DNA of 64,000 nt from positions 96,001 through 160,000 of the forward strand of contig CAWCKY010000001.1 of NCBI GenBank assembly GCA_963796275.1, written 5' to 3'. The notes below the pieces were generated by a model. That model had not been told where the DNA came from, searched no databases, and worked only from the letters and a program-made list of their open reading frames with translations. Position numbers and translations under genes: made by a program. The stretch comes from an uncultured Acidobacteriota bacterium. Its GTDB lineage: Bacteria; Acidobacteriota; Blastocatellia; RBC074. Each line of letters starts with the position of its first letter. The first letter of the stretch is position 1. Below, in pieces: positions 42,640 to 52,079 of the stretch.

Positions 42640-42800
42640 ACGGCAACTGTTGGTGGCGGGGAAGATAAATAAAGATATCCCCGATGTGATCGGGATATCG
42701 GTCCGTACGGTGGAGGACGCATCGAACTAATATCATTCACAAGCTGAGGTTAACTCCATAGTCGAATTGGTCCTCTACGCTGTTCACAACAACAAGTCCA
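42640..42800 (+). pseudogene. LuxR/NarL HTH fragment
   Basis: NKDIPDVIGISVRTVE..HRTNIIHKL..SIVELVLYAV with frameshifts. Confidence 0.6.
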
Positions 42801-43510
42801 GCCTTACGAACCGTATCTAAATCTGATACGTATCCAACTCAAACTTGAATTGAATCAACAACTTGGCACTTGGGGTCGACGAAGCTTTTGGAGTAGTACG
42901 TAAATCCCACACGCCGGAATACGTAATAAAAACTGGCCTATATACCGAACTTACGGGATATACGCGGACAACCCTGCCCGCATATGCTGGGATTCTCCCA
43001 ACAAAAGATAAGGGAAATCTTTTGACGGATCACGGCTATGAAGGGTAGGTCTTTGTCGGCTCCGTAATTCAAGACCTCGCGGCAGTGTGAATCCATTTAT
43101 TCCGCCCTAGTCTTCCATTCCCTGCTCTGCAAGATTCAAGCCCGGCGGTAACCCCATTAAGAACTGGATGAACCGCGACAAAGGTTGAGGATGAGACGCA
43201 TGAGCAAACTACTGGTGATCCCATTCAGAGACAAGTATCACGCTTTTGAAGTCCTTAATGATTTACAGCGGCGTGCGCGGAGACCTCGAGAAGGCAGCCG
43301 CAGCGGCGTTCGCCCTCGAATAGACGCCTGGCGACTGTCGAGCAGCGCGGCGGCCATGGGACGCCAAGGCTATTTTCGGATTCGAGGAAAAGATGTTTTG
43401 GTGTCCTATGTGACTGCCGGTAATGGAGCGATGAACATTATTCGCAGCGGTAGCTAGATTATCGGTTAATACTTACGCTGGTGAACGCGTTTGTGAGAGG
43501 AGGTTATGTT

Positions 43511-44383
43511 ATGGACCTGGCAACACTGATACCGCTCGTTCTGAAAACGAGCATCGTTCTGACAGTTTTTGGTCTCGCGCTTAACGCTACCATTGATGAC
43601 GCTTTGTATCTGTTCCGGCGGCGGTCGGAACTCGTCAGGTCGCTGGTCTCGATGAATGTCGTCATGCCGGTCTTCGCGGCCGCGCTTGCGGTCGCCTTCA
43701 ATCTTCACCCGGCAGTGGAGATTGCCCTCATCACTCTGGCCGTATCGCCTGTCCCACCCATCCTTCCGAAGAAAGAGCTCAAGGCGGGCGGACACGCCTC
43801 CTATGCGATCGGACTTCTTATCGCGGCTGCAGTACTCGCGATCGTCTTCGTGCCCGTAGGAGTGGAGCTACTCGGAAGAGTATTAGGCAGGTCCATGCAC
43901 ATGTCGGTCTCCAACATCGCTCAACTCGTTTTATTAACCGTGCTCCTGCCTCTCGCCGCCGGCATAGCGGTGCGCAATTTTGCGCCCCGATTGGCTGACC
44001 GGATAGCGAGGCCTATATCGCTGGTGGCGGCGGTGCTGCTCATCGCCAGCGCACTTCCCCTCGTGTTTACCGCGTGGCCGGCAATCACCTCTCTGATCGG
44101 CAACGGGACAATCATTGCGATTGCGGCGTTTGTCATCATTGGGTTAACAGCCGGCCATCTGCTCGGAGGGCCAGAGGAGGATGATCGAACCGTCCTCGCG
44201 CTCTCCACCGCGTCGCGGCATCCTGGCATAGCAATGGCGATCGCGAGCGCCAACTTCCCGGGACAAAAGCTCGTCTTCGGTGCGGTGCTTTTATATATGA
44301 TCGTGAACGCCATCGTGTCGCTCCCATACCTTAACTGGCGCAGACGGCATCACGCCGGAATCGCCGGTGCAGTGGGTACATAA
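43511..44383 (+). CDS. Bile acid:Na+ symporter family transporter
   Basis: Multi-TM; SMNVVMP, SPVPP, STASRHPGIA. Confidence 0.85.
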   Translation: MDLATLIPLVLKTSIVLTVFGLALNATIDDALYLFRRRSELVRSLVSMNVVMPVFAAALAVAFNLHPAVEIALITLAVSPVPPILPKKELKAGGHASYAIGLLIAAAVLAIVFVPVGVELLGRVLGRSMHMSVSNIAQLVLLTVLLPLAAGIAVRNFAPRLADRIARPISLVAAVLLIASALPLVFTAWPAITSLIGNGTIIAIAAFVIIGLTAGHLLGGPEEDDRTVLALSTASRHPGIAMAIASANFPGQKLVFGAVLLYMIVNAIVSLPYLNWRRRHHAGIAGAVGT

Positions 44384-44444
44384 GAGGCGTCGCGTTGATG
44401 AAGTTAGAAAGGTTCGTCAAGTCACGAGTTACTGTGGAAATGCC

Positions 44445-44897
44445 ATGAACCCAAATCAAACGACAAGTGAACACAAGGTGAAGCCGAGCGTTCTTCCTCA
44501 GATAGGGGACCATTACTCTTGGCTGCGCACGCGCCTGAGCGTCGAGCGAACGCTCATGTCCTGGGTGCGAACGGCCGCGGCCTTCATCGGGTTCGGCTTC
44601 ACTATCTTCCAGTTCTTTGAACGGCTCAACCAGATGCCGGGCGTCGACCCGCCGGTCAGTCCAATCACCCCTCGCCTTGTTAGCCTGTCGCTCATCGCGA
44701 TCGGCACTTTCGCCTTGTTGGTGGCGATCAAAGAATACAAGAATTTAGTGCGTTACTTGTGGAGTGATGAATTCAAGGACATCGCCGGGATAGGGGACCG
44801 CGCGAGTTGGACTCCCTTGGGTATGATAGCCATCATGCTGGCAATAGTTGGACTAGGAATATTCGGAACCATCTTGCTGCGAACGATCTCATCGTAG
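44445..44897 (+). CDS. YidH/DUF202 membrane protein
   Basis: RTRLSVERTLMSWVRTA. Confidence 0.88.
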   Translation: MNPNQTTSEHKVKPSVLPQIGDHYSWLRTRLSVERTLMSWVRTAAAFIGFGFTIFQFFERLNQMPGVDPPVSPITPRLVSLSLIAIGTFALLVAIKEYKNLVRYLWSDEFKDIAGIGDRASWTPLGMIAIMLAIVGLGIFGTILLRTISS

Positions 44898-45192
44898 CGC
44901 GAGCTTAAGGGCAAACGGCCAATCAGCTGGAACCGAAATGGCTCGACATCCTGTGACATTATCAAGGAACGTAATAGCCCAAGATAAAGGAACAATATGA
45001 ACGCTGCCGTCAATATCAAGGCTGCAAAACTGAAGTCCAAAAGGGCATCAATCCTCATCTCCTCCGACTGATCCACCATTCGAGACGATGGTCTGGATAC
45101 TGGGCGGCACTTTCTTATGGATTCGAACAAACACTACCCGGAACTAAATTACCGCCTTACCTGATTTCCCAGTTCGTGATCGAGGTCTGACC

Positions 45193-45597
45193 ATGGAAGC
45201 TCTTAGTATTGAAGATATCTTTAAAAACTTCGCTAGCTACGTCGCACTGGCTATGGAGATCATCGCGGTAGTGATCATCGCAATCGGCGCCGTTGAGTCT
45301 GTCATCAAATTGATGCGGCCTAATTACGATCAGCTCAGACCATTCGCCTGGAAGAAGGAGATATTTATCCGATTAGGTTCGTGGCTCCTGCTTGGACTTG
45401 AGTTTGCGCTGGCGGCCGACATCGTGCGGACTGCTATCTCGCCGACATGGGCACAGCTCGGACAACTGGCCACGATCGCCGCCATCAGGACATTTCTGAA
45501 CTTCTTCCTGGAGAGAGACGTGGAGAAGTTTTCAGAGAATGGGACAGTTGCGGAAGAGGCTGCGATAGCCAGGCGCGCACTCGAAGCGAAGGCATAA
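45193..45597 (+). CDS. DUF1622 membrane protein
   Basis: LLLGLEFALAADIVRT, IAAIRTFLNFFL. Confidence 0.9.
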   Translation: MEALSIEDIFKNFASYVALAMEIIAVVIIAIGAVESVIKLMRPNYDQLRPFAWKKEIFIRLGSWLLLGLEFALAADIVRTAISPTWAQLGQLATIAAIRTFLNFFLERDVEKFSENGTVAEEAAIARRALEAKA

Positions 45598-46207
45598 CCG
45601 AGAACAAGTTGATAGCTAGAGGCTTTTCAATGAATTCAACGAAGATTGAAGAGATCGAGGACAAACATATCAACCATTTGCACTTGTCCGAACATATTGA
45701 GAGAAATTGACGGGGAGAAGATAACTTGTCAGGGACGGTTCGCATTGATTACTCGGAAGGATCCTAGGCTCCTGCCAATCCCACAATAACTCCAAAAAGA
45801 CACCACCCCACGATCCGCCATTCGATGGCCGGGCCGAGTTGTGTTTACCCGGGATCGACTCTACCACCATGATCCATTGCGCCAGCGGATCGACAGGGTT
45901 TTCGACTTCTCATTTCATCCATAATACCTAATGCTGGGCATGAAGCTTAAACAATGCTTTCTCAGAGGCTTGAGAGCTGGATAGAGGAGTAATGGAGCAT
46001 AATTTCGTTAAAAATAGAGAGCTAATAGAGGACATCTCAAGAATCTCGAAGATAGTATTCAGCCGTGAATAAGCCGAGGCAGCAGTCAAGTCTCGTCTTC
46101 GGTCTCATTCAATACACCAACGGATGAACAGAAGCTTATTCAATGGAAAAAGCTACTGGTTGCCGATGCAATTACAACTCTGGATTTGATTTTATAAGGA
46201 GAGTCTC

Positions 46208-47170
46208 ATGACAAAGGATATGAGGATCGATGCGATCGTGACATCGACTGGTAATGTAATTGATATGTTTGTGGAGGGCGCGCCTATTCTCAGATCGGAT
46301 CAGGACGAATCACTGGTCAGTGACTCGGTCGATTTGGGCTACGAAGATATGGAGGAAGTGATCGCCCCATATATCTCTTTCAACCATAACGAAGTTATCA
46401 TCAGTGACGAGGTTGATTTGGAAGCTGAGGAGTTGGAGGACGTGATCGCTCCCCTTATCAGTTTCAACCATAACGAAACTATCGTCTGCGACGAGGTTGA
46501 GTTGGACGCTGAGGAGCTGGAGGACGTGATCGCCCCGTATGTCTCTTTGAACCATAACGAAACTATGGTCTGCGACGAGATTGAATTGGACACTGAGGAG
46601 CTGGAGGACGTGATCGCTCCATTTATCACTCTCAACCATAACGAATCTATGGTCTGCGACGAGGTTGAGTTGGACGCCGAGGAGCTGGAGGACGTGATCG
46701 CTCCCGTTATCTCTTTCAACCATAACGAAACTATGGTCTGCGATGAGGTTGAATTGGACACTGAGGAGCTGGAGGATGTGATCGCCCCGTATATCTCTGT
46801 CAACCATAACGAGGTTATCGTCAGTGACGAGATTGAATTGGACGCTGAGGAACTGGAGGACGTGATCGCTCCGCATATCTCCGTCAACCACAACGAAGTT
46901 ATGGTCTCCGACGAGATTGAATTGGACGCAGAGGAGCTGGAGAACGTGATCGCTCCATTTATCACTTTCAACCATAATGAAACGATTGTCTGCGATGAGG
47001 TTGAATTGGACGCAGAGGAGCTGGAGGACGTAATCGCTCCCTATATCACTTACAACCATAACGAATCTATGGTCTGCGACGAGGTTGATTTGAACGCCGA
47101 GGAGCTTGAAGATCTGATCGCGCCCATGACCATGGATTACCAGGGGTCGCCAGTGATCACTTATAGCTAG
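46208..47170 (+). CDS. Multi-cassette acidic repeat protein, putative multi-core peptide precursor (9 x XXXX-NHNE cores)
   Basis: AAGGAG RBS at 46196-46201; 28-aa period; invariant NHNE and IAP with synonymous codon variation; first gene of an operon with a TPR protein and an M50-HlyD fusion. Confidence 0.85.
   Translation: MTKDMRIDAIVTSTGNVIDMFVEGAPILRSDQDESLVSDSVDLGYEDMEEVIAPYISFNHNEVIISDEVDLEAEELEDVIAPLISFNHNETIVCDEVELDAEELEDVIAPYVSLNHNETMVCDEIELDTEELEDVIAPFITLNHNESMVCDEVELDAEELEDVIAPVISFNHNETMVCDEVELDTEELEDVIAPYISVNHNEVIVSDEIELDAEELEDVIAPHISVNHNEVMVSDEIELDAEELENVIAPFITFNHNETIVCDEVELDAEELEDVIAPYITYNHNESMVCDEVDLNAEELEDLIAPMTMDYQGSPVITYS
46370..47125 (+). repeat. Nine tandem 84-bp coding repeats (plus a degenerate in-register unit at 46286-46369)
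   Basis: Exact 84-bp period with no indels. Confidence 0.95.
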
Positions 47171-47182
47171 CCCGGGCCTAAC

Positions 47183-48082
47183 ATGCAGAATTTCAGAAGG
47201 CATGTGGCGACAGATCCACCGAAGGCACAGGAATCTCTGCAAGTGCAGATTCGCGCTATTTGCGGCACGGCCGAAGCTTGGCGCATCGAGGGGCGTTACA
47301 GCGAGGCCGAGCCGCTCTACCGATGGGCGCTGGAGCTGGCGGAACAGAATTTTGGCCATGATCACCCGGAAGTCGCGATTATCAGCAACAATCTGGCCGT
47401 GCTCTGTAAATACACAGGTAAGTTCGATGAAGCTGAACGACTCTATCGGCGCGCATTCGCTTTGATGGAGCAAACGATGGGAACGGATGCCCGCCATATC
47501 GCCACGCTCTATCACAACCTCGGCGGATTGGAACACGCGCGTGGCCGATTCGCCGCCGGTGAACTTGCGGCACGCCGCTCTGTCGAGATTCGTGAACGCG
47601 CCCTCGGTCCTGATCATCTCTATGTAGCTGCCGATATCGCCGCACTGGCGGCCATTCTGGATGGGCAGGGGAAATATGCCGAATCAGAGCCGCTCTATCG
47701 AAGAGCATTGGCGATCTTTGAGCGAGAGTTAGGTCCTGAACATTACGAGATCGCCGTCAACCTCAACAATCTGGCCGCGCTTAAACAATCGCAGGGCTAC
47801 CAGCAGGAAGCTGAACGACTCTATCGCCGGGCTCTTCTGATAAAAGAAAAATTGCTGGGATCGAATCATCCGGACGTGGCGATGACGCTAAACAACCTGG
47901 CCGTCCTCTGCAAAACGCAATGCCGGTATGTCGAAGCGGAAGCCATGTACCGGCGCGCCCTGGCTATCTTCACGCAATCGTTAGGACCTGAGCATCCGAA
48001 GGTCGTGACCTGCCGCCGAAACTATGCGGGCCTGATGCTAAAGATGAGGCGGCAGAATTCTCAACTGAGTAGCGATCAATGA
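47183..48082 (+). CDS. Tetratricopeptide repeat protein (42-aa kinesin-light-chain-like repeats)
   Basis: About six NNLA...G.Y.EAE.LYRRAL...LG..HP repeats; 12 bp after the precursor stop. Confidence 0.92.
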   Translation: MQNFRRHVATDPPKAQESLQVQIRAICGTAEAWRIEGRYSEAEPLYRWALELAEQNFGHDHPEVAIISNNLAVLCKYTGKFDEAERLYRRAFALMEQTMGTDARHIATLYHNLGGLEHARGRFAAGELAARRSVEIRERALGPDHLYVAADIAALAAILDGQGKYAESEPLYRRALAIFERELGPEHYEIAVNLNNLAALKQSQGYQQEAERLYRRALLIKEKLLGSNHPDVAMTLNNLAVLCKTQCRYVEAEAMYRRALAIFTQSLGPEHPKVVTCRRNYAGLMLKMRRQNSQLSSDQ

Positions 48083-50688
48083 AGACCGATTACTGCGCCT
48101 ACCCGCCACTGATCGCCCCTGACGTGGAAATCTCGGAACAACACGAAGGCGACTGCACGGCTTTCATCGTCGGCTCCGCCTCGACAAGCCGTTATCTGTT
48201 GATACGTGACGCGGAATATCGAGTGCTGCAGATGCTCGGCGAAGGGCGCGCCCCCGCGGAAATCTGCCGGCAATTCAAACAGAGGTACGGCGGGACGCTT
48301 GCGCTCGCAACCCTCACGAAGTTTCTCTCCCGGCTCGATGATTACGGCATTCTCGCAGGCGATCGCGCAGCTGGACGTCAATCGCCGGGACAGCAGTTGA
48401 GCACGCAGTTTTACCTGCGCTTCAGCCTGTTCAACCCCGATCCGCTCTTCACGCGCGTGGTCGGTGTGTTGCGCTGGGTGTGGACGGCCCAGTTCTTTGC
48501 CGGCTCCCTCCTTCTGATGCTGATCGCGGCGGCATTGGCATTGATCAACCGAACCGAAGTCGCACAATACGGCAGTTACATTCTGCGTGAACATTATCTC
48601 GCGGTTATCTTAGCCGGATTACTGGTGGGTGTAACTCACGAATTCGCGCATGGGCTGACGTGCAAGGCTTTCGGCGGGCGGGCGACCGAAGTCGGCGGCT
48701 TGTTGATCTATTACTGCCTGCCGGCGCTCTACTGCAATGTTTCAGGTCTCCACCTGATCCCGCATCGCAGCCGGAGACTGTGGGTGATCGCCGCGGGGGT
48801 CTATTGGCAGCTTCTGGTCGGAACATTCGCGCTGCTGGCATGGTTGATGCTCGCACCATTTACGATCTTCTCGGACCTCGCCTTCATCTTCTTATGCGGC
48901 AGCGTGCTGAATGTCGCTTTCAACGGAAACCCGCTGATCAAGCTCGACGGATATTACTTCCTGAGTCAGTGGCTGCGAATGCCGAATCTCATGGATCGCG
49001 GACGCGCCTGGTGGCGCGATCTTTTGCGATCCATTTTTTTCGGTGCTCCGAGTGAGGATGAAAAACGTTACAGCCGGCGCGAGCAGGCGATTCTTGCGTC
49101 ATTCAGTTCGCTCTCGTTTACTTACACGCTGGGTCTGCGAGTGTTCATAGTGATCTTCGTCGGTTCATATCTGACTGACTGGTTTCACCTGCCGGGATTG
49201 TTGCTCACTGCCGTCCTGGCTCTCACCTATATGCGGCGGCCGTTCGAGGAGTTGATGACCGCGGCGGTCTCCGCTTTGCGGCCACTCGGTGCAAATTTCA
49301 ATCAGTTTTGGAAAGCAAAAATGTCAACTCAGAAGCAAACTTCAACGATCGATCCGGGACAGAACGAAAGCCCTGCGCGCCGGCTTCGGCGCAGGCTCAT
49401 ACCGCTGGCGATCGCCTCGTTACTTACCTTGATCTTCTGTCTCCCCTGGAACGCCTCGGTCGGTGCTAACGGCGTCCTCGTCGCCATTCCGGGACAGGAG
49501 ACGATTATTCGCGCCCCGGAGAGCGCGATACTATCCGAACTGCGCGTGCGCCCGGGCGACCTGACGGAGGAGGGCGCGGTCCTGGGCCGGATGAGCAACG
49601 TCGAACTCGATGAGCAGCTGGCGCACGTACAGATAGAGCTCGATCGGGCGATTACCGAATATGAGCGTTATATCGGGGAATTGCGGCTCCGCGAGGAATC
49701 GATTACTCGGGCCGAAGTGAACCTGCGGCAGCGCCAGAGAGATTACGAAGAGAGTGATTCCGAGAGGCGACAGATCGAAGAGAGGCGGCGCGCCGAGCCG
49801 GACCGGGCGAAGTATCTGGTTGCATATGGCGGTTCGTTCTCGTTACCTGCCGCCGATCATCAAATGGAAAACAGTGTCTCGACTTATCCGGCAGCCATCG
49901 CAGTCTTGCACTCGGATGCGGAGATGCGCCACGCGAGATTGGCAGAGGCCAGTCTCCAGCGCGACCGGACACGGATGCTTTATGCACAGGGCATCGCGCC
50001 GCGGAGCGAGCTGGATGGAGCTGAAACACGAGCTTCGACTCTGGCCATCGAACTCACAGCGGCGCGCCAGCGGCTCGATTCCGCTCTGGTCGAACACCGG
50101 CATCGCCATCTCGGTCTGACGACCGAATTGCTGCGGGCGCGCTCGGACGTTACGTCTGAGCGATTACAGACCGGGAATCTCCATAACCTGGTCCGAGCAG
50201 CGAGCGATCTCATCTCCACTCTCACCGCTCGCCGTGACCTGTTACGGGGCAGGCTGGCGCAGCTTTCACTCGTAACGCCGCGTGCCGGCGCTGTATTCGG
50301 TGAAGAGTTACCGCGTATGGTCGGACAATATTTCCCCAAAGGCTCGGAAATCTGCCGCGTGGCCGAAACGCGGCAACTGCTGGCGCGCATTCAGGTATCC
50401 GAGCGTGAGATCGGAGACATTCGCCCGGGCAATCCGGTCCGGCTCAAGGTGCGGGCGCACCCCGACCGCGTCTTTCGTGGCAGCGTCGCCAAGATCGGCA
50501 GCGAAAGCGAACTCGATCCGGGCGGGCAGGTAATCTATCGGGTGGAATTGATCATTGAAAATACGGACGATCTTTTGCGATCCGGAATGACCGCATTCGC
50601 TCGCGTCGATTTTGACCGCCGGATGATCGGGGGCATCCTGATCTACAAACTGAAGCAGGCACTGCGACCTGAATTATGGATGTTGTAA
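48079..50688 (+). CDS. PqqD/RRE-like + M50 site-2 zinc metalloprotease + HlyD membrane-fusion protein
   Basis: THEFAH (HExxH) and NGNPLIKLDGY motifs in the TM region; N-terminal winged-helix-like segment; IIRAP...LRVRPGD, coiled coil, VSEREIGDIRPG...LRSGMTAFARV; ATGA overlap with the TPR gene. Confidence 0.88.
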   Translation: MKTDYCAYPPLIAPDVEISEQHEGDCTAFIVGSASTSRYLLIRDAEYRVLQMLGEGRAPAEICRQFKQRYGGTLALATLTKFLSRLDDYGILAGDRAAGRQSPGQQLSTQFYLRFSLFNPDPLFTRVVGVLRWVWTAQFFAGSLLLMLIAAALALINRTEVAQYGSYILREHYLAVILAGLLVGVTHEFAHGLTCKAFGGRATEVGGLLIYYCLPALYCNVSGLHLIPHRSRRLWVIAAGVYWQLLVGTFALLAWLMLAPFTIFSDLAFIFLCGSVLNVAFNGNPLIKLDGYYFLSQWLRMPNLMDRGRAWWRDLLRSIFFGAPSEDEKRYSRREQAILASFSSLSFTYTLGLRVFIVIFVGSYLTDWFHLPGLLLTAVLALTYMRRPFEELMTAAVSALRPLGANFNQFWKAKMSTQKQTSTIDPGQNESPARRLRRRLIPLAIASLLTLIFCLPWNASVGANGVLVAIPGQETIIRAPESAILSELRVRPGDLTEEGAVLGRMSNVELDEQLAHVQIELDRAITEYERYIGELRLREESITRAEVNLRQRQRDYEESDSERRQIEERRRAEPDRAKYLVAYGGSFSLPAADHQMENSVSTYPAAIAVLHSDAEMRHARLAEASLQRDRTRMLYAQGIAPRSELDGAETRASTLAIELTAARQRLDSALVEHRHRHLGLTTELLRARSDVTSERLQTGNLHNLVRAASDLISTLTARRDLLRGRLAQLSLVTPRAGAVFGEELPRMVGQYFPKGSEICRVAETRQLLARIQVSEREIGDIRPGNPVRLKVRAHPDRVFRGSVAKIGSESELDPGGQVIYRVELIIENTDDLLRSGMTAFARVDFDRRMIGGILIYKLKQALRPELWML

Positions 50689-50699
50689 AGGTCGAAATA

Positions 50700-51095
50700 T
50701 CATTGTTTTACGAGAGGCGAGATGTAGAGGCGTTCCTGTATGACCTCATACACCGCAGGCACTAGCTCTCGGCTAGCGGCCAGCTTAAAGACATAGCCCT
50801 TTGCTCCCGCGGAAATTCCTTCTTCTAACATACTCCGATCGTTATGCATGGTGAGTAATATGATCTTCGCCTCGAAGTCTTCCTCGACTATTCTCATGGT
50901 CGCTTCGATGCCGCTCATTTCGGGCATATTGATGTCGGCTATGATTACGTCAGGTTTGAAATTCTTGACCGCTTGGAGCAAATCTCGCCCGTTCTGGACT
51001 ATTGCTACAACTTCGAACTCTGGCTGCAGTACATCCTTGATGAGGCTAAGCATCTCCGCGTGGTCATCGGCCACTACTATTCTGATTTTACTCAT
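50700..51095 (-). CDS. Stand-alone NarL-type response regulator receiver
   Basis: IVVADDH, IIADINMP, LTMH, GYVFK; no HTH. Confidence 0.88.
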   Translation of the reverse strand: MSKIRIVVADDHAEMLSLIKDVLQPEFEVVAIVQNGRDLLQAVKNFKPDVIIADINMPEMSGIEATMRIVEEDFEAKIILLTMHNDRSMLEEGISAGAKGYVFKLAASRELVPAVYEVIQERLYISPLVKQ

Positions 51096-51194
51096 TGGGA
51101 CCATCCGAAGTAGGTGGAATCCTTGCATCTGCCATTTGACATAAAATCTTGCAGGCAATGCACTATGCCATCCTCGACCGGGTATCCGATGTCA

Positions 51195-51480
51195 CTCACC
51201 TATGCTCTTGCTCCGATCCCATACCAGGCTGGCAATTAACATCATCAGTTCGGCAGGTTCGACTGGCTTGGTAACATGCATGTGGAAGCCTGCACTGAGT
51301 GCGCGCAACTAACCTTCTACTCGCCATCGCCGTGAGTGTTATCGTCGGCGTCTGCTACGACATCTTGACTCTTCGCTCTGCCTCGAGTCTCCTAACACTT
51401 TTCATCATCTCGCAACCATCTTTACCCAGCACATATGAGCACATCAAGTTGTTCGCTGCAAGATCGATCCATACTCTATG
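51195..51480 (-). pseudogene. Degraded receiver domain of a hybrid kinase
   Basis: TLTAMAS, AGFHMHVTKPVEPAEL fragments with stops and frameshifts. Confidence 0.5.
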
Positions 51481-52079
51481 CCTTCACTCGCCGCCTCGAT
51501 CGTGCCGCCTTGCAATTCGCCCAGATACTTTGCCACCGCTGCGTATAGAGCATGCGCATAGCAACTGCCACATCTGAAGACTTCTACCATTCCTATCGCG
51601 TGTGATATTATGAATTTGGGGAAAATTAAATCTTAATTGCGAGCAGTTTTTCTGTCCTATCTCAAGGCTATTTTGACCTTGCTGGTCCAGTTTTAGTCTG
51701 CGTATTACGGTCAGATATCATTCCTTTATTTAGGACACTTTTCTCGATCTTTTCCCTTTTTCCAATAGATAACTTCATCGGGAGCGATCTTAATGCTCTT
51801 GCCCATTAGGAGTAAGTTTAGATAAAAACCCAGCGCCTACTTCGTGTGGAGGGTGTTCATTGTTGTATGTAATTGGATTGATACCCTAGAGGCATGCTTA
51901 ACCTCGTGGAAGAAGTGATTATAACAACGGCTTCATTCAATCAGCATAGCATCATTGGATTTACCCCTCCTCCCGGTTCAGATAAAGGCAAGCGCCAGCC
52001 AGTGTGACTGACGTTCGCTACATTGTTGGACCTGCTCATGCGCTTAGATTAGGCATTACCTCACAGAAAGGACCCTCTG

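Noticed and set aside
46370-47125. 84-bp periodic array as a CRISPR array
   Set aside because: The period is a multiple of 3, the whole unit is conserved with codon-position variation, there are no unique spacers and no cas genes
46310-47617. Long antisense ORFs (435 aa and the Ser-rich 210 aa)
   Set aside because: Shadows of the repeat gene; the plus-strand ORF has the RBS, operon context and synonymous-site pattern
46208-50688. Assigning the locus to a known class (daptide, epipeptide, cyanobactin)
   Set aside because: No class-defining enzymes are present and the cores do not end in Thr; only the leader-like motif and peptidase type are similar
51722-51737. Possible eighth TGTCC-N6-GGACA box upstream of the hybrid kinase
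   Set aside because: Only the GGACA half matches
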